Of a stretch of DNA of 64,000 nucleotides, positions 45,601-57,100 are shown one piece after another (within the stretch, counting starts at the first letter, position 1; the number at the start of each line of letters is the position of its first letter). Source of the stretch: Thalia democratica. Its lineage: Eukaryota. The notes below the pieces were generated by a model. That model did no database searches, was not told the origin of the DNA, and worked only from the letters and a program-made list of their open reading frames with translations. The position numbers were made by a program, and so were the translations under genes. Location of the stretch: NCBI GenBank assembly GCA_965202585.1, contig OZ241831.1:15624001-15688000 (forward strand). Direction: 5' to 3'.

Positions 45601-47886
45601 AGTTTTTTGTCTTTATGGTTATATGACATTAGAACAATACAAATTAATTCCCACGTAAACCGTTCAGGTTGCCACGCGACATCGCCATGCAACACCGGCA
45701 ATTCGACATCGTGCGCTTATTGGACGAATACAACTTGTCGGGGCAACACCACGGGGGGATGGTCCATCACGCCGGCTTTCTTTCCCGCGACCCGAACTTC
45801 GTCAAGATGAGCGGCAGCAAGAAGCGGCGGCAGAGCAGGCAGGCCGAGTCCAAGGCGAAGCGGGGCAAGAAAGCTGCCGTCCACCAGCCGCGCCTCCCCA
45901 TCGTCACTAGCAATGGCATGCAACAGAACCTGCCCCCACCGCCCGTCCAACAGCAACCCTCGTCCATGCTCTTGATGAAGGGATTTTCTCCGAACCAGGC
46001 CACCACACTTTCGCCACCATCGGCGTACACAAGCGACTCGACGCTCTCACCACCTTCGGGAACCGCATCAGGGGGAATGCAGCCAGCAGGCAGGGGTTTT
46101 CCCCAACAGCAGAATCAGAGGGTCGGTCTGCAGCAGTATCCGTCCCCGCCGAATCAATACAACAGGTTAGTCATTTTGTCGAAACGTATTCATAAGCTTC
46201 TTTGATACTCGATGTAAAACTGCTAATTTGGCTTAAAAAATTGATGACTAACTCTTATTTAAAATTTAGATTTACGACATTTGCGCCTCAGCAAATGGTG
46301 GCGACGAGTCAGCCTCAGCAGATGAGGCAGCAAATGCAAGCTTCAGAGGCGCAACAGAGGTTCGAAATGCAGCAGCAACAGAAACAACAGCAAAGTTTCG
46401 CCAATCAACAACAAAGTGTACAACACAACAATCAACAGGTTGGAGTGTTTTCAAAACGTGTTAAGCTATAATAATAGTTTTTATTCTTATAATTTTTTTA
46501 AACAGTAAACTAGGGGTACTTCCTTACAAATAATTTATTTAGTTTTATTAAATTAAATACAACTTTGTACACATATTAACTTTTCTACTACTCAATCAGT
46601 TATGTGTTTTTGAATCTAAATTATCATTTGTAGATTAGATTTTAGAATCCTTGCTTAAAAAATGCTACATGATTGTAAAAACAACTTTCTATTTTTAGAT
46701 GTTCATACATCAGAATGTTGAGGGGTCGCAACAGCAATTGGCCGCTACCCAGCAACAGAGACAGAACTACCAAGTGATGACGTCGCAACCATCGCAACAG
46801 GGTATCTCTCCCCAGCACCAGATGTTCCAGCACCCGTCGCACGATGGCAGCAACAAGCAGCAATCCCCACTTCAGAACCACGTATGTTATAAAATATAAA
46901 AAAAGTATTTACAGTTATGGATCTAACTTCTAAAACTTTAGCAACTAAAACTTTTAAAGCAAGTCTTTTTTCACCAAGTCGCCTAAACTAACTCATTCTT
47001 TATTGCGAAATTTCTTACCACGACTCTTAGAAGAGATATTTTATAAATAGATGCTAGTTTTATGTGAAGTGCGTCATTTAAAAGCACTTTTGCGTATAAG
47101 TTCACCTTGCTCAATTATTTACTTTATTTGATAACATATCTTGAAAAACTGAAAGTTTTCTTAAATTGTTGAACAAACACCTTTGAAGTTGCTTTTGTTT
47201 GTCGAGCGTATAGCTCGCTTGCTTTCAAACACAACAATTAATCACGTAACTACGAAAACAAGGCTGTCAGTTGCTGTTTGCTTCTGTCAAGTGCAGTCTG
47301 GTCGACTTAATTCCAAGCAGAGCATTACGAGCGTGTCGAAGCACTGCAATAAACGAGCATTCAAATCTCAATCACACAATAATACGACGTCGCCCGACCC
47401 AATTGAGGAAATAGTTGGTCGAGCGTAGCTGCCTGGCAGTTACGTCATTGCCCTGCGTTCCAAATGCTTTTCATCTTACCAAAACAACTTGATTTTCCAG
47501 TTAAAACGTAGACAAATGGGCGAAGTTAAGGCGAGATTCAATAATAAATTCATTTCAAAAGCAATGATAGAGTTGTTGTTGTTTTACTTGGAAAAAATAC
47601 TTTTGATTTTTGTAGTTAAAACTAGTAATTATTTGAAAATACGTCTGTTATTTTTTATTCAAAGCTAACTTTTCAACTACAGAGCAACTTGGACGGGACA
47701 ATGTACGAGACCAGCAGCCCGGAGACGCTCAACTGGTCCAACTCACCGCCGTCCGACTGGTCCGATGGCAGCCCGGCCGGCGGGTCCGTCGGTGCGCACC
47801 ACTTGCAGCCCTACCACCAGATATACCCGCCGCAGAACGGCGCAGCCACCGGTCTGGCGTGCCCCAGCAAGATGCAGGTAGCCTAG
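15629..47886 (+). CDS. Notch: Notch receptor, full length, 44 coding exons, 2338 aa
   Basis: Hand-spliced exons: 15629-15692,15812-15878,16063-16208,16422-16585,17285-17474,17640-17762,17828-17911,18103-18252,18466-18630,18821-19012,22889-23002,25325-25526,26360-26512,27475-27581,27696-27800,29158-29248,29613-29758,30097-30210,31294-31413,31580-31732,31843-32018,33881-34007,34566-34693,34889-35048,35219-35390,36295-36440,37462-37685,37923-38045,38154-38355,38433-38488,38564-38763,39569-39704,39930-40073,40241-40720,40864-40953,41117-41246,42351-42455,42727-42928,43186-43295,44345-44546,45668-46165,46270-46438,46699-46881,47683-47886. Total 7017 nt, every intron GT-AG and phase-compatible, no internal stop. 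Domain order EGF-LNR-HD-TM-RAM-ANK-PEST is diagnostic. Confidence 0.97.
15812..38355 (+). CDS. Notch: Notch exons 2-29: 34 EGF-like repeats
   Basis: Six-Cys repeats, many of Ca-binding type (xIDEC/xNIDDC). Landmarks include HLDDAC...GEAIC (EGF10-like), [11 protein letters not shown] (EGF22-like), CDVPNISC...[10 protein letters not shown] (EGF29-like) and [11 protein letters not shown]...GSVEC (EGF33-like). Confidence 0.95.
19735..22520. promoter_or_regulatory. CpG-rich non-coding islands in Notch intron 10 (about 19735-20660, 20980-21330, 21900-22520): candidate enhancers
   Basis: Locally raised GC/CpG with no credible ORF. E-boxes CAGCTG near 19949, 20303 and 21093; several GATA motifs. Confidence 0.4.
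23030..24480. promoter_or_regulatory. CpG-rich islands in Notch intron 11 containing a Su(H)/CSL site
   Basis: TTCTCACG at 23290-23297 is CGTGAGAA on the minus strand. Raised CpG density. Confidence 0.4.
26530..27290. promoter_or_regulatory. CpG-rich island in Notch intron 13 containing a perfect Su(H)/CSL site
   Basis: CGTGGGAA at 26874-26881 within CpG-rich non-coding DNA. Confidence 0.42.
35506..35563 (+). repeat. 58-nt inverted repeat (27-bp stem, 4-nt loop) in Notch intron 25
   Basis: aactgggttgttaatgggaagataaac-acga-gtttatcttcccattaacaacttagtt: 25 Watson-Crick pairs plus 2 G:U pairs on the + strand. Confidence 0.92.
38433..39704 (+). CDS. Notch: Notch exons 30-32: three LNR repeats
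   Basis: [31 protein letters not shown]; NPWPKC...[26 protein letters not shown]; [34 protein letters not shown]. Confidence 0.95.
39930..40720 (+). CDS. Notch: Notch exons 33-34: heterodimerisation domain, furin sites, TM helix, RAM motif
   Basis: HD-N ([28 protein letters not shown]), RQKR and RRKR, HD-C (VTLNNQQC...[14 protein letters not shown]), S2-like [49 protein letters not shown]. Confidence 0.95.
42351..45730 (+). CDS. Notch: Notch exons 37-41 (5' part): ankyrin repeat domain
   Basis: [58 protein letters not shown]...[10 protein letters not shown]. Confidence 0.96.
43690..44000. promoter_or_regulatory. CpG-rich, CCAAT-containing island in Notch intron 39
   Basis: Dense CpG; CTGATTGG (reverse CCAAT box) at about 43809-43816; no credible ORF. 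Confidence 0.3.
45731..47886 (+). CDS. Notch: Notch exons 41-44: NLS, Gln/Pro/Ser-rich region and PEST
   Basis: [18 protein letters not shown]; YPSPPNQY; Gln-rich exons 42-43; [21 protein letters not shown]; TAG at 47884-47886. Confidence 0.9.
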
Positions 47887-49017
47887 TGTGACGTCACACT
47901 GGCTGTAAATACGCAGTATTTTGTACATTAGATGAATTTTTCGTTTCTGTTTCAACTTTTTTTGTTTTTTAATTGGCGTTTAAGTTTTGTTGCACTGGTT
48001 TTTACTTTTTTATTTTGTTTTATTGTAAGCTTTTGAATGAGATGTTGCAGTTTTATTTTGATTAAGATCAGATGTTAAGTATATCCGAATCTTTTAGTTG
48101 AATGTTTCAAATGTTTTTAAAGTTTTTGAATATTTTTGTATAAAAACTTTTTAAAGCTTTTTAGCTCAAAGGCCTTTAAAGATTAAAATACCATAAAAGC
48201 ATTTCATTTGAAGCCTGTAGTTATTTGCTCTTAAAATAGTTAAGCCTTTAAACAGAATTTTGAATTTTTTTTAGTTCAGCTAGTTTTACTAATGTTTGTG
48301 CCTTTCTACTTTTGCTTAAACCAGCCTTTAATGCGGCTTTTAAGTCTCTAAAACTTTACACCGTTCAATTACATTCGAAAACTTTTAAGTACACATTTCT
48401 TTTAAATAATACATTGTGTGCTTCTGTACTGTATTTCTATCTAGTTAAAAGTTTACATGCCTGTATTTAACACTTAGCCTGATCAAATAACTCTCGTTGA
48501 ACAAATTAAGTGCTCATAAACGACCTCTTACGGTTAACTTTGGTGCTTTTTTTAAAGATGTGCCAATTTGAAAGAATAACTATCTATATACATGATGGCT
48601 GAATATTGTTGTACATTTGTCTTTCTTTTTTTTTAAGAGTTTTGATCAATTTTTTAAATGTAAGTGGTGTCGTTATTCTTATTTGAATAACTTAAACTTT
48701 TAATAATTTAGTTAAAGTAATTTGTGATTTAGCTAGCTACTAAACCACAATATTTTTATTGCATTTTCATGCCGTTGCTACAGCGTTAAAGTTACACTTT
48801 TGTTTATGATATCTAAAAATCATCATCTGATAAATTTACAATACTAAGCACTTGAATTTTTTAACATACATAGAAAATAATCGATAGAGTAAACAGTTAA
48901 TTTTATGAAAATAACTAAGATAATGTTAACAATTGTTACTACAATACTTTTACGCCTGCCTTTTTGTTGCAGAATTACTTGAAGTTTTCGTTTTTGTATT
49001 TTATTTGTTTTTTATTC

Positions 49018-49023
49018 AATAAA
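49018..49023 (+). terminator. Candidate Notch polyadenylation signal
   Basis: First canonical AATAAA I found downstream of the stop codon (about 1.1-kb 3' UTR). An ATTAAA lies earlier at about 48182. Confidence 0.3.
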
Positions 49024-50004
49024 TTAAGTACACAATTATTGGTCAGTTTTGAATAATATTATTTTATTAGGTCAATAAGTAAGCATACTTCTACAACATG
49101 TTTATGTCAGTAAAAATAACGAGTATTTTTGTATTTAATATAATTATAGGGCCACGTACTTTAGTATTTGTTCTGTACAAAAAGTTTAAATGCTTTTTTT
49201 ACTCTAGTTAATTGGGATTCTTTTTGGTTACTTTTTATTTATTTCGGGAGTTTAACAAACAAGTTATGATTTTTAAGTTAAACATACGGTGTGATAAATT
49301 ATTGCAATTTAAGGTTGTTTCAAATCATGTACATACTTACCACAAACTAAGAGGTAATAAAGATAAAAGTAATAAGTAGAACTAAGAGACTAATATAGTT
49401 ATATAAGCTTTAAGTAGTTTTTTATTAGCTAAAAAAATGATTTTTTTTTCCAAATAATATTTTCACCATTACTGATCCTTCCTAAATTAATTTATAAAAA
49501 TTTTAAGCAGTTGCTTTGAAAACTAAGTTTCAATATTTTCACTACATGTTGTTAGCTCTAAGTACGCAAATCTTTTACCTTTTTAATATTAGTTATCGTG
49601 TTTTATAGTTTGTAAGGTAAAAAAAATCAGAAGTTGCTTTAGACTTTCATGTAAGTTTTTAGAAAGCTCTAAGGACTAAACATAAAGAAAATATCTATTT
49701 TAAAAAGTTTTTAGTTTTTCTATGTACTTTTGCAAAAAATTGTAAACAAAAATATATTGTAATCTTAATTCATCTTACAGTTAGTATTTTTTACTTCAAT
49801 TTAAATTTTAGCTCGAAATTGTTGCTGCTGTTTGTGCTCCTCTAGATAAGAATTCTGTTCCTAAGATAGCTGTTGATAATAGTTTTGAAATTATTTATTT
49901 AAGTTTATGAAAAGTAGCAACTGTCTTTTAGTGGCATGAAAATGTCTTGTCAATATATTTCACCTATAGATACAGTTTCTCTTTACTTTATCAGTATTTT
50001 GATT

Positions 50005-50545
50005 ATGATATACATTCTACCGGATCTATAAAATTATTGTCCTGTCGGATCTGGATCCGGACCTTGTGTTAAAATTAGTACTCGAACGGATCTCAAATTT
50101 TGAAGTTAGGATCCGGCCGAGTTCTATAAGCTCTCAAATTTTCAAAATTTTTACGTAATATCTAGTGTAAATAAATTTCAAAATTTCCTTTAAATACACC
50201 AAAGAACTTATTTTTTTCTTTACACGAAGAACTCCAGCATATCTTCTGTAAATTTCAAATTTTCCAATAGTATATATTGTAAATTTTAAAATTACATATA
50301 AGTACAGCTAATACCTTTTTTTTTTTGCTTCTCACCATGAATTCTAGAGTATCTAGCTTTTATTTCTAAGCAGCCTTCAATGATCTACCTGATCAATAAC
50401 ATTAGGATCCAGCCGGATCCGGATATCTTTAAATAACGTTAAGGTCGGGTACGGATATTTTTTCAAATTGATACCTGTCCAGTTCCGAATGTTATGGATC
50501 CGGATATTTTATCAAGTTAGATCCGGATACTTTGATCCAGGAGAT
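50005..50545. mobile_element. Degenerate MITE-like element with clustered GGATCCGG motifs
   Basis: (G)GATCC(GG)/CGGATC motifs cluster at both ends (50021-50116 and 50405-50540) around an AT-rich core. Termini and TSD not resolvable. Confidence 0.55.
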
Positions 50546-52026
50546 AACTTATTTTAATTCATGGAATAGAATATAAAATTAAAATAAAACTTTTATATCG
50601 ACTGTTAAGTAATTATTACAAATCCATACACTTTCTGTTTATGATATAAAACATTTGACGTTATTCAAAGCGTAAAATATATCTAATTTTTAAGTGAAAA
50701 ATCCACTAATCAATCGATTTATAAGTAATTTATTTAAGACTGTTATTTTATTTTAAATTTTTTGATTGAAGTATGGATTTTTGGGTTTTAAGTACACTTA
50801 CAGTGTTTGTAGTTTGTACCATTTTAATTCATTACTTTATTATTAATCTTAATCTTTTTTTAGGCTTTAACTTTTATAATATCTTTATTCTGCTTCCCGT
50901 CATAAGATTATATTTTAAGTTTAGATATTTATTAAGGTACGCTATGAGTTATGCTTTAAAAAAAAAACAAGTAGTCAAGAAGTAAAACTATTTTTAAGTT
51001 TTTTAACATCTAAATAAATTAAATCTAGTAATTTAAAGGTTACTAATACAGCTTAGAAATAAAATAGCACGATTTATAAGTTTAACAAGATCAGTTTCAA
51101 CAAAATTTTTGCTTTAAATTGACTAAAACTAAGAAGATATCTCCATTTTTAAAAACCTCTGTAAGCCAGTTTTTTTTTGAATGTTGACGAACAGCTTAAT
51201 TATAAGTATTTAGTAGAAGGAAATCATTATTTATATATTTTTTTCAAGTTAGAGTTTTCTAAAAAGCTAGTTGTTTGAGATAGTAAAACTTGAGGTGTAG
51301 AAAAACAAATCTAAAATTCAAAGCTTTTAATTTAAGTGTAATGTGACATTTTGAATACGGTGAGTTAAAAACTTTGTTTCAGAAAGTTAGAAAGTCATTT
51401 ATACATTTAAAGGAAAACTAATTTTTAAAATTCTTATTTCGAGCTAATTGTAAACAACTTCCATCTATACCAGGGGTCGGCAAACTGCGGCCCGCGGGCC
51501 AAATGCGGCCCTCGAAGGGTAAATCTGCGGCCCGCGAGCACGTTTATTTTTAATGGAATGCGGCCCGCGGAAGAAAATTTTGTGGCCCGCAAGCATGTAA
51601 ATGTGGCCCGCTGAGCCAAAAAAATTCAAGTTAAACTTATTTTGGTTTTTTGTTTAATTTTATTAATTTCGTTTTAAGTCCCTGTTTAACATTTTAAAAC
51701 AAGCAGAAAACTTTAAAGTATCAGCTTAAAATGTAAATACAGATTAGCATTCCACCAGGTTTTTTCTCAGTTTCATCATAACTTTCTTTTTACAACAGCA
51801 AGTTTAGGTATTTTTTACATGTTTTTTAAAACAAAGTTTCTTTTGAAGATGTTTTATTACTAAAAGTTACATTTGATTGTGCACAAAAACATTTAAATTA
51901 ACATATTAGTGAGAAAAATTATGTATTTTATTTTGATTTTTACACAATTTGATATTTTTATAAGCTTTTTTAGCACTTTAAACTAATCCCTATGCACACA
52001 AATTTACAAAGATGCTCATATTTTAA

Positions 52027-52272
52027 TCGGCATACTGACAATTCCCACCCGCGATTATTCCCACCTGATCAAATCCCACCCGCGCACAATTACCACTCAA
52101 AAATGTTTTTAACTTTTATTATTTATTCCTTCTTTTTTTGATATTTTGGTTTATTTTTATTTAATATTAATTGATGTTTACCATCACTGTTACCCCTAAC
52201 CCTTGGTTTGTAAGCGGTTCTCGGATTTGATTGAGTTGGAAATAATCGCGGGTTGGAAATGAGCGGTTCCCA
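52027..52272. mobile_element. MITE with long imperfect TIRs nested in the hAT element
   Basis: Left arm attcccacccgcgattattcccacctgatcaaatcc matches the reverse complement of the right arm (atttccaacccgcgattatttccaactcaatcaaatcc). Confidence 0.7.
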
Positions 52273-52898
52273 TTTAACCACATTTTATTCAATACTTAAA
52301 TTAGATTAAGTTTAGTTAATACATAATTTTCTAAAATTATTGTTCATACACGTAGTATCTAGGTGTGTGAAGACATATTTAAAACATTACATGATATAAA
52401 ATAAAAATTTTTTGATAGGTATACATTTTAATTTTTCAAACAATGTTTTTTTGACAAACTAAGTTAATTTTTAAGCACTAATATACACAGTTACTGTTTT
52501 TTTGAACTACCTATTTAATACAAACTAAATTTAGGGATGGTAAATTTATAAGGTTTGTATATTGTTAATCGAAATAGCTCAAATTTAAGCAAATAAACAA
52601 CTAAACGTTGCCACACACTTAAACTATGACTATCTGTAGATTTCAAATCTCAAGTCAATTTAGTCATTTTTTTCAGTTTTTGGTTTGAATAAATATTTGT
52701 ATACTAAAATATTAGGCTAGTTTTTGGTTATTAGGCAGGCTTTTTTGCTTTATGAGCTGCAAATTAAATTTATGATGTATGTTTTGATCAATTTACAGTG
52801 TTGGTTTGAATTATAACATATATTAAACTCCAAGTTTTGCAGCTGATAAAATTTGAAATACTATTTATATAATGGTATACATATAGGTGTGAACAATT

Positions 52899-53310
52899 AG
52901 TGTTGCTAAAAAACTTGAATCCCGGAAAAGCTTGGAATTTGAAAATTTATGCTTAAAAATTCTAGAAAAACCTTGATTTTGAGAATTTGTGAAAGTTGCT
53001 GGAATTTTAAACGTCTTTTACGTGTAAAGTATGAAATTTTGATTTGACACAAAAAATTTACTATATAGATACTTTTTTAAACACATTAAAAGTAGTTTAA
53101 CAGTATTTATTTAGTACTGCTATATTACTAAAGACAGTTTTTTTGTTAATTGTAGTTTAATTTTATACCAAAAATAGAAGCAGAAAATTATACTTTCAAA
53201 AACTTTATGTAAATGCATTGCATCTTTGCTTTTAAAACGCCTTTACCTATTGTTGTGCATTGGAACTAAACCTAGAAATTTTTCTAAAATATCAAAGTCA
53301 GTAAAAACAC
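52899..53310. mobile_element. Possible degenerate MITE nested in the hAT element
   Basis: tagtgttgct-like left end and repeated ctggaattt/ctagaaa motifs at both ends; highly decayed. Confidence 0.3.
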
Positions 53311-53909
53311 CTCTAATAAAAACTCTCAGATGAGCAATATTTGTTGTACCAATTCTTTCATCTTAACAGATTGATTAAAGTTCTAATTTGATTTATGTTG
53401 CTTTATAATCTTAAGAGATTTACTAAGACGACTTATTGTTGTCATTGAAGAAATAAACAAAAAAAAAATTACTACCGCCATACATAAATACAACATAAAT
53501 TCTTAAAAAGTTTTAAATTCTAATTGTTATTTTACCTTAACAGTTTTTTCTGATCAGTCTGTAGAAACTGAATATAATCATTTGCTTTATTGAAACTGAC
53601 TATAGCTATTTTTTGTTTCTCGCAATAACTCCTAACTAAGGTTTTTTTAGTTTTTATAGCTCGTCTTATATTTCACATTTACTCTTTATATACAACATCT
53701 TTATTGTAGATAAAGAATTGATATAATTTTCAATAAAAAGTTAAGTTTTTCTACTTTATTAATGGCTAAATAAATTTTTAAATTTTGTTAAAAATGTTTA
53801 AGAAACGTAATTGTCCATTCAAGCTGACTTATGATATGAATTTTTGCTATATATTTAATTCACTGTTAATAAACTCCATTGTTTCTTTATTTTGTGACTT
53901 TATTTTTAA

Positions 53910-54191
53910 AAGGGTTGCCAAACATACAGTCTAGTTTAAAAATTTAAAAATTCAAACTAGGTGAACTTGTTTAAGACATTTAAAAGAAACTCAGGTAAAC
54001 TTTTTTTTCAAACACTTTAAATAAATCTTCGAATTCTCAGAACAGTTTTTATGACTGTAGTGTAGTTAACTAATTGTAGTTTTTTCTGGTCTACTTATAC
54101 ATTTTGTACTTTTTATACTGAAGAAATTTTAGTTAGGTATCTGAGATTGATTAATTGCAAGTTTTTTCGCTTTTCTAAAGTGGAAACCCTG
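53910..54191. mobile_element. MITE nested in the hAT element
   Basis: AGGGTTGCCA (53911-53920) and TGGAAACCCT (54181-54190) form a 10-bp TIR with one mismatch. TTAA lies on both flanks (53906-53909, 54192-54195). Confidence 0.55.
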
Positions 54192-57100
54192 TTAAAAGCT
54201 AATTAATTACTAATAAGGTACTATATTAGAGTATTCGACCATTAATTATATTAAAAAAAGTACACAGTTAATAAAAACTGAAGTATATTTGTCAATGTAA
54301 ATTTTACTCCAATAAATAATTTTAATTAAAAAAGGCATTCTATTTGTAGCTAAATACCATTAAAATTAATAAAGTGAACAAAAGTAAAACTTTCTTTAAT
54401 GTGACTAAAACTAAAATCAAAAGTTTGTTCAAATTTCACTAAAACTAAAACTGCGGCCCGCGAAGAGTTTGGAAACTTTAAATTTGGCCCGCGAGCATCA
54501 ACTGCCTGCCGACCCCTGATCTATACTAAGCTAATCATTTTAAACAAATACTTTGTTTAAAAATCCATTTATATATTTAACATACGTACAGTATTTTAAA
54601 TAAATACCTAAAGTTTTTTTTTAGTTTTTATACATCAAAGAAAAGGTTTTCAATGTTTTAACTATAGTTTTATGTTAGAAAAAGTTTTATCGGGTACAAT
54701 TATGACTTAAATTATTTTTAAAAAATATTTTTACTCAAAAAAAAACTATTAGTACAATTTTTTGTTTGAGAAACATCCTAGGGTAAGCAAAAATTACGAC
54801 CAGCGACGTACTTTTTTGTTTGAATACTACTTGAGAAAAAAAATCAAATCGAGATTTTACGTAAGAAAAACAAATTTAATATGCTTTTAATGTAGTTCAA
54901 GTACACAAAGTTTGTTATTAAACGTTTATTTTATTTTCAATTTAGTCTTAACAGTTCATTTTAACCAGTTCTAATACAATAATTTTAAAAAACACTTTGC
55001 TCCAAAGACATTTTTTAACAATTCTGGTTTGAAAAAAACTCTGCAAAATTTAGCCAACCGATAAAAAAAATTGCCAATTTCTAGCTTATACTGTTTATAA
55101 GTAAAGCAAACAGTGTGTTTTCTAACAATGTTTCTCCATTGTAAACAGAAATAAAAACTTTAAGAGTTTTAATTTTCATTGTTTTTATATTAGATAATTT
55201 ATGACATTTTATAGTTATTTAATATAAATAATATACTTCGCACATGTTTAAAAGGTTTAAAAATCACTAAATTTCATTAACGTAAGAAATTTTTATTATC
55301 AACCAGTTAAGTCGTTTTTATGTTTAAAAAACAATAATTTAAAGAAATGTAGAATAATCCTAACTTTGAAGTACTCATCTAACTAATAATTTTAACACTT
55401 TTGTTTAGCGTTATTGTATAGCTGTATTAAACTAAATATATACTTATTAATGAGACTATGGAAGTTAATAGCAAAAAAAAAGAATTTTAACTGTTTATAT
55501 ATTTTTTATTTTAGAGACTTTAAGACCTTAACTTTAATAGTACCGTTACAACTATTTCGTAATACATTTTTAAACAGCTTGTTTTTGATTTTTTTGATTA
55601 TTAATGACAACAGCTGAACATCACCAAAATAAATTTTTCACTTTTTTTGTGTATAACTTAAAGACTTACAACATTTTGATATATAATAACATAACATGCG
55701 GTGCATAACTATTCTCATGGTATTAAATATATTTTATTTATTTGGTATTACAATCAATTTAAAAAACTAAACGATAAAACTTTAAAATTTTTGGTATAAA
55801 GCAAAAAAAATAACAAAAAAATTAACAAACATAGATAAACTTTTTGTGTAAAGGTTTTATACAGCTGAATATTTTTTTTATCATGAAAACTAAACCTGTT
55901 TTTTAAATCAATTAATGCTGTAGACAAAGGATGTTTAGAATTTTAGTTACATATATGATACAATAAAGAAGATATTTTTACATCTTAACTACAACATAGT
56001 TTTAAACGATACTCGCTGATTTGTTCCAAGCTTTTTTATAGTTGTAAAGAGTAATTTTAATTTTAAATAAAACACAATTTATTTGAAATTAAACTAAACT
56101 TTATGAATGAACTTTTGAGAAAAGAAGTATTATATTTTTATATATCATATAATTTAAGTTAAAATATTATGTTGCTTTCTTAAAACACAATACACCTTTC
56201 TTAAACTTTTTAAAAATCATCAACATTTCTGTGCATACTATGAAAACACTTAGATAATCATTTTGGCTTATGATTTATGGCTCAATAAAATGTGTCTTTA
56301 TTAATAGTTTAAGTAGCGGTATCAATAACTAGTTATCAAAGTGTAAACTAACTACAAACTTATCAAAATTACAAAATATTTTAAGATCAGTTCGTTTGCT
56401 ATTATATATCTTTTTCCGAAGCTAAGTATGTAAAAACGTTAAAACAGTTCAAATTGAAAACTTTACTATTTTAATGTTTAAAATTTTTAATCAACTAAAA
56501 AACTAAAGTTTTCCATTTAAACTGTTTTAACATTTACATAAATCTTTTTTAGCAGATAAAAGTGTTGTTAAAAAAATTGTTAAAAACTAAAGTTATTTCT
56601 TCAAATATAAAATGTCATTAGTTATTAGTATAAAATAAAATACCATAAAATTACAGTTTTTAGACTTTTAGCTGTAAGTCTGCTTATGTTTTTTTTTTTG
56701 ATCAGTTTAAGTTTAATATAACTATTTTTTAAACTTACAACAAAAGGCTAATTATGTTAGCAAATATATAACATACTAGAAAAAAGTATGTTCACATTTA
56801 TATTTTGTTCGTCATAAACTTTAATTATGAAATTAAAGTTTAAATATTTAACTATGTTAGTTTTTACTGCCTTTTCCAATTGTATTAAACTTTTAATGAC
56901 CAGTGAGATAACAATTGTACGGTTAAGTAAATATTAAACACTATTTACAATAAATGAGTTTACTGCATATATGCAAACTATATAAATTTTATTATTACGA
57001 TTTTAGATAAATAAAATCGGGAGATCTTTGTTACGATAAGGTCAAATTTTTATTACAATTACTTTTTTAGAACTATGTAAAAAATCAGCTACTAGAAAAG

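Larger units (their letters stand above)
51471..54518. mobile_element. Non-autonomous hAT DNA transposon (3048 bp) with nested insertions
   Basis: TIRs CAGGGGTCGGCA (51471-) and TGCCGACCCCTG (-54518). Exact 8-bp TSD ATCTATAC at 51463-51470 and 54519-54526. Multiple GCGGCCCGC subterminal repeats at both ends. No transposase ORF. Confidence 0.92.

Noticed and set aside
48674-48691. Resemblance to the Ciona spliced leader (ATTCTATTTGAATAAG)
   Set aside because: Has an insertion and a mismatch, lacks the following GT donor and Sm site, and is likely by chance in AT-rich DNA.
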